Shown here in pieces: positions 40,183 through 45,334 of a stretch of 45,334 nucleotides of DNA. Made by a program: the position numbers and the translations under genes. The notes below the pieces were generated by a model that did no database searches, was not told the DNA's origin, and saw only the letters and a program-made list of their open reading frames with translations. Source of the stretch: PVC group bacterium (GTDB lineage Bacteria > Auribacterota > Erginobacteria > Erginobacterales > Erginobacteraceae); the NCBI GenBank assembly GCA_043804695.1, contig JAZDIV010000114.1:1-45334 (forward strand), read 5' to 3'. Within the stretch, counting starts at the first letter, position 1, and each line of letters opens with the position of its first letter.

Positions 40183-41889
40183 TTAAATGCTTGGCTCAAA
40201 TGGCGTCAATTTATAGATAAAAATAGTCGGACCGGGTTGGTTTTCAGGTGCAAACACCTGAATCGGCGTATATTCAGAAAAGAGTGTATCATAAAAAGCC
40301 GCGTGGACCGGGTATTTTCTCCGCCCCTTCTCGCCCTGGAACCAGGAATAGACCTCGCTGGAGATGACAAGATATTGCGCCCCCCTCCCACGCAGTTCGG
40401 CGAGGTCGTACCCCTCCGGCAGAAGGGACAAACCTTCCACTGCTCCGATTCTGACGATATTGTAGGCCTTGCCTCTCCCCGCCGCCAGTCGCATCTGATG
40501 TACCGCCGCCATCTGCTCTGCCGGGTGGTGGATGGTCGCAGCCCGGCCCTCCTGATAGGCCCGGATCTTGTCTTGAATCCCGGCGGCGGTTTCTTGCAAC
40601 TGAACGGTGGCGTTATTGTCCCACTCCAGGGCGATCTTCTCGCCGGGAGAAATATTCTCTTCGATCCAGCGCCTGGCCTCCTCCCTGGTATCGGTCCGGG
40701 ACAGCATGCTGTCATTAAGGCTGATGTTGAGGACCGGGGAGATGGCGAGAAGCAGGCATCCCAGGGGGCAAGCAATCCGGAAAAGGGGGCGGGAAGACGC
40801 CCGTCTCCAGAGAGCGACCAGCGCCCCGCCGGAAAGGACAGCGAGGGCGGGGAAAACCGGTATCAGATAACGCGGGTTGCATTTGCCCCAACTCCCGATC
40901 ATAAGGAAATACAGCGCGGGGTAAACAAGCAACAGCCACTCTTTCTTCCTTCCCGTAATCAGCCCCCACGCCGTCCCTCCCAGGTAAAACAGGCCCAGCG
41001 TATTCCAGCGCGCCGGGGCGGAATTCATCGGATCGCGAAAGAAGAGGAACAGATAATCGAGCCAATGACGTCCGCCTCCGGTATCGTAAACGCCTCTTTT
41101 CATATGCTCGGAAATAAAGCGGAAGTCCTCCCAGAACTTGGGGAAATCCAGAAAGCAATAGGGCGAACCGATAAAAAAAGCGAGGAGCATGCAGCTGGCG
41201 GCCAGCCACAAACGACCATCCCGAATCCGCCGCCACCGGTTCCCGGGAGCGCGCGGGTTCCACCAATGGGCGAGGAAGATCGGCAGGGCGAGGGTGGCCG
41301 CGTTGTACTTGGAGGCGGCGCCCAGTCCGGCGAGAAAACCCGCCCAGATATAGGCCTTTCTCTCTCCGCCGCGCAGTATCTCCAGGATGGGTAAAAACGC
41401 GGCGGCGATGAAAAAAGTGAGCCAGATATCCGTGGCGATGTAATGGGCGTTCTCCGCGTGCAGAAAAGTGACGGCGAGGATGGACCCGGCGGCGTGGCCG
41501 GCGGGCCGCCCGTAAGCTTTCTTCCCGAGAAGATACGCGAGCAGCACGGTCAGCGTCCCCAGGATCGCGCCGGTCGCCCTCCCGATCAGGTAAAATGCCG
41601 TCGGGTCGGTGAAAAACAGGGCCTGGAGATCCGCGACCCCGGCGAAAACTCCGACGAGACGACCGAAGGCGTAGAACGCTCCGTATTCGAAGAAGAGCAG
41701 GTACATCGGCAACGAGGGGTAATTGAAGTAGTGGGGGTTGAGATCCCCCAGACCGAAGGCCAGCGCATGGTGAACGATCCGCTCCTCGTCCGGGTGATAG
41801 ACTCCGGGTAGGCCGAATCCGATCCCCCAGAGGCGGAGGACAAGGGCAAAAGCTAAAATCGCGGAAAGAATCGTTGAGTTTTTAGTCAT
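40183..41889 (-). CDS. GT-C (ArnT / PMT_2-like) polytopic glycosyltransferase
   Basis: LRLWGI..GLP..HPDE, NPHYFNYP, multiple TMs, SKYN, RYLIP. Confidence 0.88.
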   Translation of the reverse strand: MTKNSTILSAILAFALVLRLWGIGFGLPGVYHPDEERIVHHALAFGLGDLNPHYFNYPSLPMYLLFFEYGAFYAFGRLVGVFAGVADLQALFFTDPTAFYLIGRATGAILGTLTVLLAYLLGKKAYGRPAGHAAGSILAVTFLHAENAHYIATDIWLTFFIAAAFLPILEILRGGERKAYIWAGFLAGLGAASKYNAATLALPIFLAHWWNPRAPGNRWRRIRDGRLWLAASCMLLAFFIGSPYCFLDFPKFWEDFRFISEHMKRGVYDTGGGRHWLDYLFLFFRDPMNSAPARWNTLGLFYLGGTAWGLITGRKKEWLLLVYPALYFLMIGSWGKCNPRYLIPVFPALAVLSGGALVALWRRASSRPLFRIACPLGCLLLAISPVLNISLNDSMLSRTDTREEARRWIEENISPGEKIALEWDNNATVQLQETAAGIQDKIRAYQEGRAATIHHPAEQMAAVHQMRLAAGRGKAYNIVRIGAVEGLSLLPEGYDLAELRGRGAQYLVISSEVYSWFQGEKGRRKYPVHAAFYDTLFSEYTPIQVFAPENQPGPTIFIYKLTPFEPSI

Positions 41890-41900
41890 GGTAAGTAAAC

Positions 41901-42025
41901 AGCATGGCGCATGGCGCATGGCGCATAGCGCCCCGGCCGGCCTTTGCGCTCTGCGCTTTGCGCCCTGCGCTTTGCGCCCTGCGCTTTGCGCCCTGCGCTT
42001 TGCGCTCTGCGCTCTGCGCTATGCG
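41901..42025. repeat. Heptamer-periodic inverted repeat (GCGCATG / TGCGCTT type)
   Basis: Several tandem ggcgcat units, then ~12 tandem tgcgc(t/c)(t/c) units. Confidence 0.85.
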
Positions 42026-42029
42026 TTTT

Positions 42030-42896
42030 TTAAGGCTTTTTCGCCCAGGCTCTCAGCGTTGACCCCCCTCCGAATGGTTCCGTCAGAAGAAAGACCAGGC
42101 GGCGGGCCGCGGCCGAGGAAAGCGCCCTGGAAACGGGGGCTTTGAGGTTCCCTTTGAAAAGGGCTTCTCCAGTGATCCCTGATTTAAGGCTCACCAGCGA
42201 GAAGCCGCACCGCGACAACAGTTTCTTCAACGTGGCGGCGGTGAAGAGACACGGATGACCGGTAGGATCGATCGGATCGGCCTGGCGACGCAGCCCGACC
42301 TTCTGGATAAACCGCGTCAGGCGGTTATTGTAGTTCGGCGTCATGGCGTAGAAATAGCCTTCCGGTTTCAGCACCCGCGCCGCTTCGCGCATGAACGGCA
42401 ACGGCTGATGGATGTGCTCCAGGGTGTTGATGGTCATAACCGCGTCGAAGAAATCACCCGGAAACGCGGCTTCCTGCAGAGTACCGGGAAAGATTCGCAG
42501 TCCGTGTTTCTCGGCCGCGTATCGCCCGACGCTCCGGTTGATCTCCACTCCCTCCCCTTCCCAGCCGGCCTCCCGGGCCAGTCTTAAAAAACCCCCGGTC
42601 CCGCAACCGACATCCAGAAGCCGTCCCGGCGGGCAATGCCTTTCCAGTTCCCCGAGGACCTGCCGGTAGGTTCCGGTCTCGCCGGCGGCGGCCCGCTCAA
42701 AGCCGGGGATATCTTCCCACTCTTTCAGGCGAGCCTCCTTTTCGGTCCAATCCTCCCAGGGATTAATATACAGCATCCCGCAGGCGCGGCATTTGACTAC
42801 CGTGAATAGATCGTCGGAATAGAGAGACTTCACCTGCCTGACCGGATGGGGCTGATCCGCGTCGCACAGGGGGCATCGAACATATTGTGTTTTCAT
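42030..42896 (-). CDS. Class I SAM-dependent methyltransferase with N-terminal Zn ribbon
   Basis: CPLC...CRACG, LLDVGCGTG, LEHI, LKPEG. Confidence 0.9.
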   Translation of the reverse strand: MKTQYVRCPLCDADQPHPVRQVKSLYSDDLFTVVKCRACGMLYINPWEDWTEKEARLKEWEDIPGFERAAAGETGTYRQVLGELERHCPPGRLLDVGCGTGGFLRLAREAGWEGEGVEINRSVGRYAAEKHGLRIFPGTLQEAAFPGDFFDAVMTINTLEHIHQPLPFMREAARVLKPEGYFYAMTPNYNNRLTRFIQKVGLRRQADPIDPTGHPCLFTAATLKKLLSRCGFSLVSLKSGITGEALFKGNLKAPVSRALSSAAARRLVFLLTEPFGGGSTLRAWAKKP

Positions 42897-42998
42897 AACA
42901 GGTGCCCGGCCCAGAGTATAATACGATCAATAAATGATTACACCACTATCCACGCCATCTCCGGCATTGTTCATAATCCGATTTATAATTGAACCTAG

Positions 42999-43261
42999 TG
43001 TTACGTCTCACAAATTTCGTTATATAATCCGGTCATTGCGAGGACCCTGAGCGTAGCGAAGGGGACGAAGCAATCTGACCCGAAGGGTCATTCCTTCGCA
43101 AGCTCCCTTCGACTTCGCTCAGGGTCTTCGACAGGACAAACTCTGAACGAAGTGAAGGATCTCTCTAGATCCCTCGTTTTACTCGGGACGATGCTACGCA
43201 TCGGATTGCTTCGCTGTCGCTCGCAATGACACTGGCGTCAAGAAGCTTCTTAGACGCAACA
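42999..43261. mobile_element. MITE-like composite carrying the GTCATTGCGAG palindrome
   Basis: CTAG-TGTTACGTCT...AGACGCAACA-TTAG; internal gtcattgcgag...ctcgcaatgac. Confidence 0.65.
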
Positions 43262-44119
43262 TTAGTTAAGCTCGGCCAGCCGGTTTAGTTGATGAAGGAA
43301 CAGGTCCGGTCCCCACAGGGCCAGGCTCTCTTGTTCCCGGGCGACGACAAAGCGCATGACATCAGTCCTCGCCTTATCCCAGTCGATCGTCTCAATACGG
43401 TTTTTCATCGTCGCCTGGTACCACTCCGGAGTCACCCTGACGCCCTGCCCGACCCAGTGCCCCTGTTGATCCAGCGCATTGCCGAGAAGCGCCAGATCAG
43501 GAACAACCTTCCTGGAAACGTACCAGAGAAAATCGTACCAGTCTCTTCCCTTGGTGTACTCCCGGCAGAGCAGGGCGTGGGACTTGGTCGCAAACCCGGA
43601 TTTGAGGGTCTGGGTCGTAATCGCCGCGGTCAACGGGAAGTCAATGTATCTGGTCTCAAAGAGCGACCCGGCGGGAGGATTGGTGTCGATCTCAAGCTTG
43701 ATCCTGACCTTCCTCGTTGCGTGGCGCGAAAAGGGAAGTTTCAACGTCAGGATCTGACCTATCGAGTCGGTCTTGATAAAAGCCTTCTTGACCGCCGTCT
43801 CCTCGCTGGACCTGTCCCGGACCTCGAAATGGATGCCTTCATCCCGGCAATCCGACAGGATTCGGTCGAGATAGGGCCTCCACTTAAAGTCAGGATTCGG
43901 CTCTTTCAGCAGAAAATCCAGGTCTTCGGAGAATCTGTTCATGCCGTAGAGAATCCGCAGGCACGTTCCGCCGTGGAAACCGGCCTGCGAATAAAACCGG
44001 GCCCGTGAGAGACTGGCGATAACAAAGTGCTGCAGCAACTCGGCCAGAACGTTCTCCTGCTCCAGCGCATTGGCCGGGGAATAGTCCCGGATTCTTTCGC
44101 TGAGGATGTCTCCGATCAT
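43262..44119 (-). CDS. abiEii: AbiEii-family nucleotidyltransferase toxin (type IV TA)
   Basis: FHGGTCLRILYG..RFSEDLDF, IKLEID, KGRDWYDF. Confidence 0.93.
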   Translation of the reverse strand: MIGDILSERIRDYSPANALEQENVLAELLQHFVIASLSRARFYSQAGFHGGTCLRILYGMNRFSEDLDFLLKEPNPDFKWRPYLDRILSDCRDEGIHFEVRDRSSEETAVKKAFIKTDSIGQILTLKLPFSRHATRKVRIKLEIDTNPPAGSLFETRYIDFPLTAAITTQTLKSGFATKSHALLCREYTKGRDWYDFLWYVSRKVVPDLALLGNALDQQGHWVGQGVRVTPEWYQATMKNRIETIDWDKARTDVMRFVVAREQESLALWGPDLFLHQLNRLAELN

Positions 44120-44769
44120 CGTCCGATCTCCGCTCTCAGTCCATCGAGAAATACCCTGGTCCGTTTGTTTCTTATACTATTATAGACTTCATCGAACTCT
44201 TCCAGTGGGATATCACGAAGGTCCTCTTCTTCAATCCGCATCGAAGATTTCAGAAACCTTAATCCATCCTTCTCCCAGGTTATATCCTTCCGGAGATAGA
44301 TCAGGTCAGCAATGGCTCGCCAGGGGCCGGCGACAAACGCCCATCCATGTTCATCGACTTTAACTGACCGGACACCGGCTCGGGGATCGTTCGTGGGAAC
44401 TCGCTGAAAAATAAAATCTCCCAGCGGTGTGTGGAATGATCGACTGCGTTGTGCTGTTACGCTGGTCACCTGGTAGACGGCTTCGGGGATCAATCCATGA
44501 TATGAGAGTGCAGACTCAAGGCTGATATGAGAAGGTGAATGAAGCAATGGAGCCACGACAAATGGGTGCGGATGGGTTCTTCGATACGCCTCGGCCAGGC
44601 AATAAAGTCCAGGCTTGAGCCTGAGTACTTCCATTTTATTCACGGCGCGGTGAACGAGTAATTTTCGTGCGTCAGCCGAAGTTCCCAGGAAGAGATTCCG
44701 CACCCCGGCGTCATCGAAGATCCCGCCCGGAGGGTTAAGCTGGTAAACTTTCTCGGTCAGCGTCTGCAT
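44116..44769 (-). CDS. abiEi: AbiEi-family antitoxin / transcription regulator
   Basis: RLKPGLY, PSHISLESALSYHGLIPE, A...RAIAD; overlaps the toxin start. Confidence 0.9.
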   Translation of the reverse strand: MQTLTEKVYQLNPPGGIFDDAGVRNLFLGTSADARKLLVHRAVNKMEVLRLKPGLYCLAEAYRRTHPHPFVVAPLLHSPSHISLESALSYHGLIPEAVYQVTSVTAQRSRSFHTPLGDFIFQRVPTNDPRAGVRSVKVDEHGWAFVAGPWRAIADLIYLRKDITWEKDGLRFLKSSMRIEEEDLRDIPLEEFDEVYNSIRNKRTRVFLDGLRAEIGR

Positions 44770-44784
44770 GGCAATCTAATTTAT

Positions 44785-44823
44785 CTTGCTAAAAGGTTAC
44801 GATATTAGTAACCTCAGTGCAAG
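44785..44823. promoter_or_regulatory. Inverted repeat upstream of abiEi (probable autoregulatory operator)
   Basis: CTTGC-n4-AGGTTAC-n7-GTAACCT-n4-GCAAG. Confidence 0.6.
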
Positions 44824-44985
44824 TATTATCGTCGAGGCACCCGGAGGAGATGTTTTATACCACCGGGGAAGGCGGGTGTCACGCTTCCCCTTAACCCGAT
44901 TTAGCTTGAATAGATGCTTATCTTATTAGTATATTCGAATAAATAGTTCAAATCAAGGATACCAAAATCAAGGATACAATTAATC

Positions 44986-45334
44986 ATGGAACATTTGCAT
45001 GGCTTTTCGGTGATTGTTCCTTGCCATAACGCCGCCAGAACCCTCGACAAATGCCTCCGCGCACTCCTGAACTCCAATTACCCATCAGAATTGTTTGAAG
45101 TCATCGTTTCAGACGATATAAGCACCGACAACAGCCTGGAAATCGCCCGGGCCCAAAATGTGCGCGTAGTTGAAACCGACCAAAAGACCGGGCCGGCTGG
45201 GGCTCGAAACCGGGGAGCGGAGGCCGCCGCGAATGAGTATCTCATCTTTATCGACAGCGATGTCATCGCGTCTCCGGATACTCTCCGGCAGTTTAACGAG
45301 GCAATCAATCGCTACCCGGATTACTGCGTTATTC
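44986..45334 (+). CDS. GT2 glycosyltransferase, 5' part (runs off the window; not in the ORF track)
   Basis: MEHLHGFSVIVPCHNAARTL...VSDDISTD...GPAGARNRG...LIFIDSD. Confidence 0.9.
   Translation, partial: MEHLHGFSVIVPCHNAARTLDKCLRALLNSNYPSELFEVIVSDDISTDNSLEIARAQNVRVVETDQKTGPAGARNRGAEAAANEYLIFIDSDVIASPDTLRQFNEAINRYPDYCVI

Overview
GC-rich bacterial chromosomal segment. One surface-protein repeat suggests a PVC-related candidate lineage, but this is tentative. The left half is mostly a minus-strand housekeeping run: comM, mutL, miaA, hflX, mreBCD, mrdA, rodA, TIGR03960/TIGR03936, rng, rplU, cobO, ilvC. A 4.4 kb insert encoding a large gingipain(C25)-like Ca-binding surface protein lies between intact comM and a decayed 5' copy of comM. 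The right half is rlmD followed by a surface-glycan modification locus (deacetylase, two radical SAM enzymes, SGNH protein, GT2s, GT-C, methyltransferase), interspersed with three TA-like modules and a Y1/HUH (RAYT-like) transposase. Most interesting: (1) three co-oriented ~43 bp hairpins bracket the Y1 transposase gene and the adjacent radical SAM gene one gene at a time, like cassettes; (2) many small palindromic mobile elements, including a 167 bp MITE that inserts into REP loops, a five-level nested element, and heptamer repeats inserted in-frame in miaA; (3) a protein fusing an RPA-like OB fold, a TM helix and an apparently inactive SNase domain. No rRNA, tRNA or CRISPR array was seen. 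All calls come from motif recognition by eye; no database searches were run.
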